IMG/VR virus record: IMGVR_UViG_3300005530_000876 | Origin: a virus | Lineage: Duplodnaviria; Heunggongvirae; Uroviricota; Caudoviricetes | Length of the DNA stretch: 12,287 nt | Strand: one strand, 5' to 3' | Part shown: positions 1 through 8,005 of the stretch, piece by piece | How positions within the stretch are numbered: position 1 is the first letter of the stretch | Layout of the letters: every line of letters begins with the position of its first letter | Position numbers and translations under genes: made by a program | The notes under the pieces: model-generated | Database searches by the model: none | Seen by the model: only the letters and a program-made list of their open reading frames with translations | What the model was told of the DNA's origin: nothing

Positions 1-1854
1 TTATATTGAAGTGATTATTTTGCTTTTCTGTTTTCCTTCCATCATTTCTACACTGCGTGTGATGAAGGCGGTTAGCGCGTTTCCTTTCAATAAACCTTGT
101 GAAAGTAACGCCAGGTCTGCAAGGTTTTTTACTAATTTTCCCTGTTCGTCCACGTCAGATTCTTTCAGAACTTTTTGATAAACAGGATGATTTCCATTGA
201 TAGTTAAGGTAACTTCTTCGGGCATATTTCCGTAGAAGCTTCCCATTCCCCCACCGCCATTCATCGCCATATCTTTCATTCTCCTCATAAATTCGGGACG
301 CGTAGCAATAATCGGGGCCGATTCAGGAGACAAGCCTTTTATTTCAACAGTTGTATGCAAATCAGGAATTTCAACTGTGAATAATTCCTTTAATTTTTCC
401 TGCTCCTCATTGCTTAAAACACTTTCATTATGATCATTTTTATCAATGAGGTTTTCGGTAATATCGGCGTCTACTCTTACAAACTGAACATCAGTCCATT
501 TCATTTCCATGTTGTTGATAAATGCAGCATCCACAATAGTTTCAAGCTTTATGACCTTATATCCTTTTTGCTCTACAGATCTTATAAAAACATTTTGCTG
601 CACGGGATCGGTAGTGTATAACATCACCAACTTTCCTTCTTTATTTTTTTGTAAAGCTTCAGTCGCAGTTCTGTATTCTTCCAGCGTATAGAAGTTATTA
701 CCGTTTGCATCTTCATACAGATTAAACTTATTAGCTTTCTCTAAAAATTTATCATCGGTAATCATTCCATATTTTACAAAAAGTCCGAGGCTTTCCCATT
801 TTTCTTCAAAAGATTTTCTATCTTCTTTAAAAAGTTCTTCTAATTTATCGGCAACTTTTCTTGTGATGTATGAACCGATTTTTTTTACATTCGGATCGCC
901 CTGTAAGTAGCTTCTGCTCACGTTTAGAGGAATATCCGGGCTATCGATAACTCCATGAAGCAACATTAAAAATTCGGGCACAATATCTTTTACTTCATCA
1001 GTTACAAAAACCTGGTTGCTGTATAATTGAATTTTATCTTTTTGAATTTCATAGCTCTTTTTCACTTTTGGAAAATAAAGGATTCCTGTAAGGTTAAATG
1101 GATAATCCACATTCAAATGAATCCAAAATAATGGTGGTTCGCCGAAAGGATATAATTCTTTATAAAAATTCTGATAATCTTGTGTGGTTAAATCAGCCGG
1201 CTTTTTGGTCCAGGCGGGCGTCGGATTATTAATTTGTTTGTCTTCAAAGAAAATCGGAACTGGCAAAAAGCGGCAGAACTTTTCCAACATGTGACGGATT
1301 CTGTCAGGCTCTAAAAACTCTTTGCTTTCATCGTTTACATGAAGCACAATATCGGTGCCGCGGCTTTTCTTTTTGGCTTCTACTAAATTATATTCAGGGC
1401 TTCCATCACATTCCCATCTTACTGCTTTTGCATCTTCTTTATAACTTTTTGTAATGATCTCCACTTCATCACTGACCATAAAAGCTGAATAAAAACCAAG
1501 ACCAAAATGCCCGATAATATTGGCTTCATTCTTCCCTTTATATTTTTCTAAAAATTCTTCCGCACCACTAAATGCAACCTGGTTAATATATTTATCAACT
1601 TCTTCTTCTGTCATGCCAACGCCTTTATCAGAGATCGTTAATGTCTTTTTATCCTTATCAATTTTTACGTGAATATCGGTGTTTTCGATATCGCCTTTAA
1701 CTTCCCCAAGAGAAGATAATGTTTTTAATTTCTGAGTAGCATCTACGGCGTTGCTTACTAATTCGCGAATAAAAATTTCATGATCGCTGTAAAGAAATTT
1801 CTTAATGATCGGAAAAATATTTTCCGTTTGAACCCTTATATTTCCTTTTTGCAT
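1..1854 (-). CDS. htpG: Molecular chaperone HtpG (Hsp90), complete, 617 aa
   Basis: GHKL motifs ELVSNAVDA, DKGVGMT, IGHFGLGFYSAFMV; middle-domain LNVSRSYLQ; stop TAA at 1-3. Confidence 0.97.
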   Translation of the reverse strand: MQKGNIRVQTENIFPIIKKFLYSDHEIFIRELVSNAVDATQKLKTLSSLGEVKGDIENTDIHVKIDKDKKTLTISDKGVGMTEEEVDKYINQVAFSGAEEFLEKYKGKNEANIIGHFGLGFYSAFMVSDEVEIITKSYKEDAKAVRWECDGSPEYNLVEAKKKSRGTDIVLHVNDESKEFLEPDRIRHMLEKFCRFLPVPIFFEDKQINNPTPAWTKKPADLTTQDYQNFYKELYPFGEPPLFWIHLNVDYPFNLTGILYFPKVKKSYEIQKDKIQLYSNQVFVTDEVKDIVPEFLMLLHGVIDSPDIPLNVSRSYLQGDPNVKKIGSYITRKVADKLEELFKEDRKSFEEKWESLGLFVKYGMITDDKFLEKANKFNLYEDANGNNFYTLEEYRTATEALQKNKEGKLVMLYTTDPVQQNVFIRSVEQKGYKVIKLETIVDAAFINNMEMKWTDVQFVRVDADITENLIDKNDHNESVLSNEEQEKLKELFTVEIPDLHTTVEIKGLSPESAPIIATRPEFMRRMKDMAMNGGGGMGSFYGNMPEEVTLTINGNHPVYQKVLKESDVDEQGKLVKNLADLALLSQGLLKGNALTAFITRSVEMMEGKQKSKIITSI

Positions 1855-1877
1855 AAAATATTTTTTCTCATTTTTTT

Positions 1878-1918
1878 ACAAAAGAAATGCCATTCATTTT
1901 TTTCTGTCATGATGGCAT
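1878..1918 (-). promoter_or_regulatory. Sigma54-like -24/-12 element upstream of htpG plus a 7-bp inverted repeat
   Basis: Minus strand TGGCATTTCTTTTGT (1892-1878) versus consensus TGGCACGNNNNTTGC; ATGCCAT (1887-1893) / ATGGCAT (1912-1918) inverted repeat with 18-nt spacer. Confidence 0.4.
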
Positions 1919-2048
1919 CAAAAAAATGAATTAGAAATTATTGAACGCAAAATAGAAATGTCGATATTCGTTTGTTTACTGATTTATTAAGTCAGTAAGC
2001 AATTCATCTCAATTGAACATCAAATATTGTACATCAGGAATATGGAAA

Positions 2049-2940
2049 CTACATGGTTTTTGTCATATCAATCATGGTAGAAAGTTCTGTTACCAATTTA
2101 CTATCGCCCGTCAAAACCAATCGCTTTGAAACGAATGATTCCATTGTTATCAATTAAAACTTTGTTGGAATTGCTGAAACTTTAAATTGTTCTACGACTT
2201 TGCTGTCGCTATCCATGAGCACATGGAAATCATATTTATTTGATGCGATAAAATCACTTGCATTTTTTTTCTTTTTTACCAGCAGTTTACGCATCGTTTT
2301 TATTTTTTGTTACCATCTTTTGAAAAGAGGCTTTGCAAAGGCCGCACCAGGTAGCCCAAAATCTATAATCGCCACTTTATTTTTTAAATTTTGAAGGTTT
2401 ATTTTATTGCCTTTCAAATCTGCCAAAGTGAATGCTGGAGTTGCATCGCTTAGCATTCTCTTCTTCAAATCAGCTATCATTTTTAGATAACTATCCTTTT
2501 CGAGAGCCGTCATGTAATCATCGTAACCATTTTCTGAATCATGTTTTTTTTTACATAAGCGCGTTTTAGAATTTCTTTTATACCTGATGTTGATTTTTCA
2601 TCTTTTACAAACTGCTTTAATTGTTTTACATATTTTTTAGGAGATAAAACTTTTTCTGCAACCAACGCATACGCGTTCAGCGTTATTTCCATTCGAAAAT
2701 TTTTATTGCTGCATCTTCTGTATATGGAAAAGCTTTATTATATTAACCTAATTTGTATAAAATCATTGCATAAGTATCTGTATACATTGAATACGGATTG
2801 GCACGTGATTTTTCCGATAATCCGGTTTTTTTCTGAAGGATTTTTCCATTCTTTTTTTGCAATATCAACGGCAGTTGCAGCTACCTTTTGGGCGATGTCT
2901 AAATCTTTATCTGTCTGTTGAATTTCCCATGATTACTTAC
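2049..2940 (-). pseudogene. Degraded TlpA-family thiol-disulfide oxidoreductase (redoxin), 5'-truncated
   Basis: Hand translation across frames: WEIQQTDKDLDIAQKVAA...; MYTDTYAMILYKLG*YNKAFPY (TAA 2743-2745); YALVAEKVL...KRAYVKK; DYMTALEKDSYLKMIADLKKRML...KVAIIDF / frameshift (one T missing at 2358-2361) / WATWCGLCKASF; VLMDSDSKVVEQFKVSAIPTKF / LIDNNGIIRFKAIGFDG / KLVTELSTMIDMTKTM* (TAG 2049-2051). Track ORFs 2310-2513 and 2510-2692 are fragments of it. Confidence 0.88.
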
Positions 2941-2944
2941 GCCT

Positions 2945-2987
2945 AAAACAAAAAAGCCCTGCGATTTTTGCAGAGCTTTTTTGTTTT
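2945..2987. terminator. Intrinsic (bidirectional-type) terminator downstream of the OmpA gene
   Basis: AAAACAAAAAAGCCCTGC-GATTTTT-GCAGAGCTTTTTTGTTTT; 18-bp inverted repeat with one position that is a G-U wobble on the minus strand; 13 nt after the stop at 3001. Confidence 0.85.
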
Positions 2988-3000
2988 TTTTATTTTAAAA

Positions 3001-4332
3001 TCAATAATTTCTCAGATGCATTTCTACTCTCCTGTTTTTTGCACGACCTGCGGCAGTTTTATTATCTGCAATTGGTTTTGTCTCACCGTAACCGGTTGCA
3101 TTAATTCTACTTTCCTCAATTCCATTTCCAATTAAATATTGTTTCACAGAATTGGCGCGGCTTTCAGAAAGTTTCTGATTCATTTCATCGGTACCCACAT
3201 TGTCTGTATGCCCATCCACATCTATCTTATAGGTAGAGTTATCTTTTAAAATTTGTGCGACATCTTTTAATGATTTGTAAGATTTTGCAAGCAATTTGGC
3301 ACTGCCGGTTTTGAAGAAAATATTTTGAGCAGCTTTATTTACTTTCTCAACAACGACCACATCAATGACCGGACAGCCAAAGTTAGATGCCGGACCTGCT
3401 TCATTTGGACATTTGTCTTCTTCATCATTTACTCCGTCTTTGTCTGTATCTGGAACCGGACAGCCCTGGTAACGCGCAACCCCTGCAACAGTAGGACATT
3501 TATCCTCTTCATCATTTATTCCATCGCCGTCTGTATCAGGAATCGGACAGCCCTGGTATTTTGAAAGGCCAGCTACATCCGGACATTTATCATCAAGATC
3601 TGCAATGCCATCTCCATCTTTATCAGGACAACCTTTCAATGCTGCAAGACCTGCCACATCCGGGCATCTGTCCAGACTATCAACTACGCCATCATTATCC
3701 CGATCAATCACAACCGGAATGGGAACCTCCACCGGAACAGCAACCTTAGTTTTTTCTTTAGCAATATTTGCAATAACACCGATTGAATGATAAAGATTAT
3801 TTGGCATTACATCGTTCGATAAAGTCGCCCGGTATTGCGATTGCAACATAATATAAACCTGACTTTGAATATTAAATTGGAAGCCAATTCCCAAGGGCAC
3901 ATAACCAGCCCACTTGTTATAATAAGCGCCACCAATACCAGCAGTAATAAATGGAGAGAAAAGATGATTATCAGAAATAGGCCGGGCATTTAGAGTTGCT
4001 TCACCTTCTCCGCCAAATCCTTCTGCATTGTTTGAGGCAGTTGAAATATCGTAAAAAACACCGCTTATTTTTCCGGAAAAATCGAGATATTTATTAAGCC
4101 CTTTCCAGTAGGAAAATGAGAGTGAAGGACTCATTCTTTTAAAATCTGTAATTTTCCCGTTTTTAAAAAGGGAGCTGAGTGAAGTAGTGTCAAGTGCCGC
4201 AGGCGATGCAAAATCTATAACGCCGATATTAAATCCAAAAGCACTTTGCTTTACAGGAGAGAATGGCGTTTGAGCCATAGCAGTAATTCCGGCAAAGACC
4301 ATAAAAATTAAAATAGCTAATTTTAGTTTCAT
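3001..4332 (-). CDS. OmpA-family outer membrane protein with TSP3-like repeats (443 aa from MKLKLAIL)
   Basis: Signal peptide MKLKLAILIFMVFAGITAMAQ; beta-barrel-like N-half; four DxDxDG...DxCP repeats; C-terminal OmpA PG-binding motifs GHTDNVG, NQKLSESRA, GYGETKP, KNRRVE. ATG 4332 preferred over 4359 because the signal peptide starts there. Confidence 0.93.
   Translation of the reverse strand: MKLKLAILIFMVFAGITAMAQTPFSPVKQSAFGFNIGVIDFASPAALDTTSLSSLFKNGKITDFKRMSPSLSFSYWKGLNKYLDFSGKISGVFYDISTASNNAEGFGGEGEATLNARPISDNHLFSPFITAGIGGAYYNKWAGYVPLGIGFQFNIQSQVYIMLQSQYRATLSNDVMPNNLYHSIGVIANIAKEKTKVAVPVEVPIPVVIDRDNDGVVDSLDRCPDVAGLAALKGCPDKDGDGIADLDDKCPDVAGLSKYQGCPIPDTDGDGINDEEDKCPTVAGVARYQGCPVPDTDKDGVNDEEDKCPNEAGPASNFGCPVIDVVVVEKVNKAAQNIFFKTGSAKLLAKSYKSLKDVAQILKDNSTYKIDVDGHTDNVGTDEMNQKLSESRANSVKQYLIGNGIEESRINATGYGETKPIADNKTAAGRAKNRRVEMHLRNY
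3370..3705 (-). repeat. Four intragenic TSP3-like Ca-binding repeats
   Basis: DRDNDGVVDSLDRCP, DKDGDGIADLDDKCP, DTDGDGINDEEDKCP, DTDKDGVNDEEDKCP; DNA 15-mer CGGACAGCCCTGGTA at 3457-3471 and 3544-3558 (87-nt offset). Confidence 0.9.
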
Positions 4333-4385
4333 ACTTAATTGTTTAGTGGTAAAAATCATTGTGTCTAAGAATAAAAATATCGCGC

Positions 4386-4393
4386 CAAAAGTA
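4386..4393 (-). promoter_or_regulatory. Bacteroidota -7 promoter element for the OmpA gene
   Basis: TACTTTTG on the minus strand matches TAnnTTTG; no well-spaced -33 TTTG seen. Confidence 0.45.
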
Positions 4394-4438
4394 CTAACAA
4401 ATAATTTTCAAGAAAATAATTAATCATTCATTCTGTTT

Positions 4439-4470
4439 TTTGCCGCCGCAAATGATTTGGATTATATTTG
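4439..4470 (+). promoter_or_regulatory. Bacteroidota housekeeping promoter for tRNA-Arg
   Basis: TTTG (4439-4442) - 20 nt - TATATTTG (4463-4470), matching the -33/-7 consensus TTTG-N19-21-TAnnTTTG. Confidence 0.75.
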
Positions 4471-4552
4471 CGCAACTTTTTTTGAGAGTGACGAAATAAA
4501 GAAAATAATTTTTGAATGAAGATTATTTTTGTATGGTCATTTTAATAGAAAC

Positions 4553-4625
4553 GGCCCCGTAGCTCAGGGGATAGAGCAACAGCCTTCTAAGCTGTGGGTC
4601 GCACGTTCGAATCGTGCCGGGGTCA
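4553..4625 (+). tRNA. tRNA-Arg(TCT), CCA not encoded
   Basis: Full cloverleaf: acceptor GGCCCCG/CGGGGTC, D stem GCTC/GAGC, anticodon stem ACAGC/GCTGT with loop CTTCTAA (TCT 4586-4588), T stem GCACG/CGTGC with loop TTCGAAT, discriminator A4625. Confidence 0.97.
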
Positions 4626-4697
4626 CTGGGTAAAATCCTTTCTGGTATTGTGTTTCATGGTTTTTAGTTGTTGAATAATGAAATGGAAATAATTAAG

Positions 4698-4721
4698 AGT
4701 TACCAAAAAAGTTACCAAAAA
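4698..4721 (+). repeat. Perfect 12-bp tandem repeat (AGTTACCAAAAA)x2, candidate integrase arm-type sites
   Basis: 4698-4709 and 4710-4721; the last base is the A of the integrase ATG. Confidence 0.7.
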
Positions 4722-5941
4722 TGGAACGTCTCCCAAACAATTGCCGCGTTGGCAAAATCAGTGTCTTTCCTAAAAACTGGAAAGATAAAAATGCAAATAA
4801 AAAATTAATCTGGCGCATATGGTACCGGTTCTACGACGACAATCTTAAACAATCAAAAAAGATTGTTATTAAAGGAATGAACCGCACAGTTGATCTGAAA
4901 GAAAAGCAGGAACACCTGCAGTTGCTTCTTACCGACGAAATAGAAGAGCTAAAAAACGGATATAATCCTATTCTCAAAAAGCAATACAATCCGGTTTCAA
5001 AATCCTATCAGAAAGAAATAAATTCAGACGAGGTAAATCCGAACACGCCATTTATTAAAGCCCTCGAACTTGCGCATAAAGATCTTCAGGTAGTTCACCA
5101 GTTCTGGATCGATATCAAAAGCACAATAAAGTATATTGGGATGTCGGCCAGCGACCTTAACCTGGATCAACTACCGATAAAAGAAATTAGTAGAAAACAT
5201 ATCAAACGGATTTTAACTAATTGTGCAGTCATCAAGGAGAATTGGAGTGCTAACCTATTTAATGTATACCGCCGTGATCTTACCATGCTTTTTGTACAGC
5301 TCCTGGAACTTGAAGCTGTTGATACGAACCCTGTCCGCGATATTGCAAAACAGAAAACAGTCAAAAAAATTAAAAGGATCCTTACTACGGCTGAGTGCCG
5401 CAAAATAGATAAGTTCACAAAAAAATATGATAGGCGCTTTTGGCTGCTGATCAACATATTTTTTCATTCTGGCTCTCGTACGACGGAGATGTTTCGGGTC
5501 CGCCTGGAGCACGTTAATCTAAAACAACAAACCGTTCTTTATACCGTCTTGAAGGGAAACCGGCCTTTTGAAGTTCTGCGGCCTATAAAAAACATCGCAT
5601 TGCCTTTTTGGAAAGAAGCCTGCAAAGGTGCCAAGCCAGGAGATTATATTTTTGGGGAGGGTTTACAGCCGAGACCGAAACCAATCAGCCCAAGACAGGC
5701 TACTATCCGCTGGAACCGTCATATCAAAGGAGACAAAAAAAAGGGGAAGCTTGGATTAATCTGCAATTGGTATGATCTGAAACGTCTTAATACCGACCAG
5801 GTCGATGAACAAAAAGGATTACGGCTTGCTGCGAAATTAAACAGCCATAAAAATCTTGCCACTACAAAATTATATGCCGTTAATAGTGATGCCCGGGATA
5901 TGGCGGAAATCAGAAAAATAAAAAATGCATTCACCGGTTAA
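4721..5941 (+). CDS. Tyrosine recombinase / phage integrase, 406 aa
   Basis: Box I FFHSGSRTTEM (R253), VLKG lysine, box II WYDLKRL (Y351/K354 where HxxR is expected), SHKNLATTKLY (H376, Y385); position next to a tRNA. Confidence 0.92.
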   Translation: MERLPNNCRVGKISVFPKNWKDKNANKKLIWRIWYRFYDDNLKQSKKIVIKGMNRTVDLKEKQEHLQLLLTDEIEELKNGYNPILKKQYNPVSKSYQKEINSDEVNPNTPFIKALELAHKDLQVVHQFWIDIKSTIKYIGMSASDLNLDQLPIKEISRKHIKRILTNCAVIKENWSANLFNVYRRDLTMLFVQLLELEAVDTNPVRDIAKQKTVKKIKRILTTAECRKIDKFTKKYDRRFWLLINIFFHSGSRTTEMFRVRLEHVNLKQQTVLYTVLKGNRPFEVLRPIKNIALPFWKEACKGAKPGDYIFGEGLQPRPKPISPRQATIRWNRHIKGDKKKGKLGLICNWYDLKRLNTDQVDEQKGLRLAAKLNSHKNLATTKLYAVNSDARDMAEIRKIKNAFTG

Positions 5942-5965
5942 GAAAATGTTTAAATATTTCTTTCG

Positions 5966-5990
5966 AAAAGTAATTTATTTAATTACTTTT
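5966..5990. repeat. Perfect 10-bp AT-rich inverted repeat between integrase and the next gene
   Basis: AAAAGTAATT-TATTT-AATTACTTTT; overlaps a -7-like TACTTTTA at 5984-5991. Function (operator or terminator) unknown. Confidence 0.6.
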
Positions 5991-6019
5991 ATATAGTAAT
6001 TAATTTTATCTTTTACGAA

Positions 6020-6376
6020 ATGAAATTCTCAAAAACTCTAATCTTAGTAATCGGGATGATTGCTCTGATCGGCGTAGGCTATGGAAAGGATGGGCCTCCG
6101 AAAAACGCTTCACCTTTTGTTACGGTAAACATTGTCAAGCACGTCTTGCCTGTTGCACCGGTATCAAATGTGGTTGTAACCGCTATTGTAATTAAGGATG
6201 ATGCGAGTCCGAAAAATTTTCTGCAGGAGAAGCGACCGTGTTACTATTCTACCGACTTGAACCCGGATAATAGTTCACAGGTGATCCTAAAAGAAAGATT
6301 TTACGAACGAGACGTCTCACCAGGCAGCATTAATACCGATGTAATTCCCCGGTGCAGATCCTCAGATATGATATAA
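6020..6376 (+). CDS. Hypothetical exported protein, 118 aa
   Basis: Sec-type signal peptide MKFSKTLILVIGMIALIGVGYG; followed by a terminator; A-rich Bacteroidota-style start context. Confidence 0.75.
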   Translation: MKFSKTLILVIGMIALIGVGYGKDGPPKNASPFVTVNIVKHVLPVAPVSNVVVTAIVIKDDASPKNFLQEKRPCYYSTDLNPDNSSQVILKERFYERDVSPGSINTDVIPRCRSSDMI

Positions 6377-6397
6377 AGATTTATAGAAAAGCAATTT

Positions 6398-6430
6398 AAA
6401 AAGCCAGCCATTAATTTGACTGGTTTTTTT
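6398..6430. terminator. Bidirectional intrinsic terminator
   Basis: AAAAAGCCAGCCA-TTAATT-TGACTGGTTTTTTT; T-tracts available on both strands. Confidence 0.75.
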
Positions 6431-6460
6431 ATTTTGGAATGCAATGGACCTGGATTTTTC

Positions 6461-6468
6461 TACTTTTG
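6461..6468 (+). promoter_or_regulatory. -7 element TACTTTTG four nt before ATG 6473 (probable leaderless transcript)
   Basis: TACTTTTG-CATC-ATG; exact TAnnTTTG match. Confidence 0.55.
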
Positions 6469-6472
6469 CATC

Positions 6473-6703
6473 ATGCAGTTAAGACATACAATCTTTCTTT
6501 TTTCTGAAGAAACTAAGTCCGTTTTGCGGATTGAAATTTTTACTGCTGAGAATGTAGCCCGGCCAGGCTTTTGGAATATAGAAAGTAATCAATTGCTTTT
6601 GTCTTATGAATCCTATTCTTATTTCAGAGGCTTGCAATCACAAAGGGAACAAAAAATATTTTTTGAATCGTTGAAAAAAGTTTCATCCCTGGCCATTGCT
6701 TAA
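6473..6703 (+). CDS. Hypothetical protein, 76 aa (MQLRHTIF...)
   Basis: ATG 6473 preferred over the track's TTG 6416, which lies inside the terminator; overlaps the convergent ORF by 21 nt. Confidence 0.55.
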   Translation: MQLRHTIFLFSEETKSVLRIEIFTAENVARPGFWNIESNQLLLSYESYSYFRGLQSQREQKIFFESLKKVSSLAIA

Positions 6704-6895
6704 AGCTTTTCTTTTGTCATGTTCTGAACCTATAAGTCCGCGTAAATCCTCTCTTGCTTCTTTTAACTCATAATCGCCGTTTAGAATATCAATTAAATAA
6801 GATTTATAATGTGCCCAGCAATTATCTAAATCCTCTTCTGTGAACTTTTCTTGTTTTACCAGCTCTTCCATTATTATTGTTCTACGGTTCTTCAA
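6683..6895 (-). CDS. Hypothetical phage protein, 70 aa (or 62 aa from ATG 6871)
   Basis: Acidic helical-looking sequence; last ORF of the leftward run; track start is TTG. Confidence 0.7.
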   Translation of the reverse strand: MKNRRTIIMEELVKQEKFTEEDLDNCWAHYKSYLIDILNGDYELKEAREDLRGLIGSEHDKRKALSNGQG

Positions 6896-6948
6896 TTAAT
6901 TTTTGAGGCGAACTAACTTTTACGAATGATTTTTATTTTGAGATAAAT

Positions 6949-7170
6949 TTAAATACCGTTTATTATTCCTACAAGCTCCCAGCTGTTTTTTATTATTCCT
7001 GAAACAATTAATTTTTGAAATTCTACCACATAAAACGGGTTATTATATTTTGTTCCTGCATGATCCATCCAGTCGTTGTTTTGAACAAGTGCCCTGTATC
7101 TGTCGCATTCCACGGTTGATGCGATCGGTAAATGCTTTTCGGCTTCTTTGATTATTTCCTGAGCTGTCAT
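6949..7170 (-). CDS. Hypothetical phage protein, 73 aa
   Basis: 1-nt TAATG overlap with the upstream ORF. Confidence 0.75.
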   Translation of the reverse strand: MTAQEIIKEAEKHLPIASTVECDRYRALVQNNDWMDHAGTKYNNPFYVVEFQKLIVSGIIKNSWELVGIINGI

Positions 7171-7619
7171 TATTTAAAAGCTTTATCCGGATAAAAAATA
7201 AATCTACCTTTTGAACCAGGCAGCATTTCAAGTAAAACCACTCCTAATGTTACATCACTATAAACTAATGTATATTTTTTTAAGATTCCCTGTGGATTTT
7301 TATCTGGCGGTCCAAACACCATGGTTACTTTCTTAAAATCTTCAACACCTGGATTCCTTTTCAATAATTGATTGAGTACCTGTATTACCAAAGCTTCTTC
7401 GGCCTGATCTTTAACCCTGGATATTTCTTCAAAAATTTCCTTCAGTTTCTCATCTTCTTTTTCCGAGTTGAATTCAATATATCGATTATGAAGAAAAGGA
7501 GATAGTTCCGGTGTGGGGGTTACAAATTTTTTGTAACCGGTGCCGGCTTCAGTAACTTCAATTTTTAATCCTTCCAGGTTTCCTTCTGCAGGACCATAAG
7601 GTGTTTCGAATCTCATCAT
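7170..7619 (-). CDS. Hypothetical phage protein, 149 aa
   Basis: Long ORF in AT-rich DNA, co-oriented in the run. Confidence 0.85.
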   Translation of the reverse strand: MMRFETPYGPAEGNLEGLKIEVTEAGTGYKKFVTPTPELSPFLHNRYIEFNSEKEDEKLKEIFEEISRVKDQAEEALVIQVLNQLLKRNPGVEDFKKVTMVFGPPDKNPQGILKKYTLVYSDVTLGVVLLEMLPGSKGRFIFYPDKAFK

Positions 7620-7648
7620 TATAAATTTAAGATTTTAAGATCGTTCCA

Positions 7649-7993
7649 TCATTTTTTCGTTTCGGACAAGAAATAAATATTCTGTTTACCGGATTCATGA
7701 TAGGCGTATTCCAGAACACAGTTGTATTCGTTTGGCTTTTCACCATCAATTGTTGGTAATAATAATTTCTCTACCTTCCAAACACACGATTTTGTGTTTT
7801 GATAATTTCCGGGGCCCAGGTAAGTGAAAGAAAGCTTATCCTTATTTGTCTGTAAAAGATTATTTCTGAACCAGGAAAAATCAACGCCGACATATTCTTT
7901 AATAATGCTCATAAGCTCATCTACTCTTTCCTCAATACATTTATTTTGCAAGTATTTGGATTCGATATATTTACTGTAATAATTAATGCACAT
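7649..7993 (-). CDS. Hypothetical phage protein, 114 aa
   Basis: 12-nt gap to the upstream ORF, co-oriented. Confidence 0.75.
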   Translation of the reverse strand: MCINYYSKYIESKYLQNKCIEERVDELMSIIKEYVGVDFSWFRNNLLQTNKDKLSFTYLGPGNYQNTKSCVWKVEKLLLPTIDGEKPNEYNCVLEYAYHESGKQNIYFLSETKK

Positions 7994-8005
7994 AGCTTAA
8001 TTTTT

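Noticed and set aside
430-691. Plus-strand ORFs 430-621 and 509-691
   Set aside because: Antisense shadows inside htpG with no recognisable features.
2799-2813. TGGCACG sigma54 -24-like sequence
   Set aside because: The -12 position reads TTTT rather than TTGC, and it lies within pseudogene coding remnants on the other strand.
2200-2921. Plus-strand ORFs 2200-2394 and 2706-2921; minus ORFs 2310-2513 and 2510-2692 as independent genes
   Set aside because: Plus ORFs are shadows; minus ORFs are frameshifted pieces of one pseudogene.
3370-3705. Repeats as a possible CRISPR array or DGR template/variable pair
   Set aside because: They are in-frame protein repeats with synonymous divergence; no spacer structure, cas gene or reverse transcriptase nearby.
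3325-3989. Small ORFs overlapping the OmpA gene
   Set aside because: Shadow or alternate-frame ORFs favoured by the GC-richer repeat region.
4683-4808. Out-of-frame upstream ORF (41 aa, MEIIKSYQKSYQKW...) overlapping the int start; possible frameshift fusion or Xis
   Set aside because: No recognisable motif and no downstream stimulatory structure noticed; the SYQK duplication simply reflects the DNA repeat.
5167-5934. ORFs antisense or out of frame within the integrase
   Set aside because: Fully nested shadows without start context or motifs.
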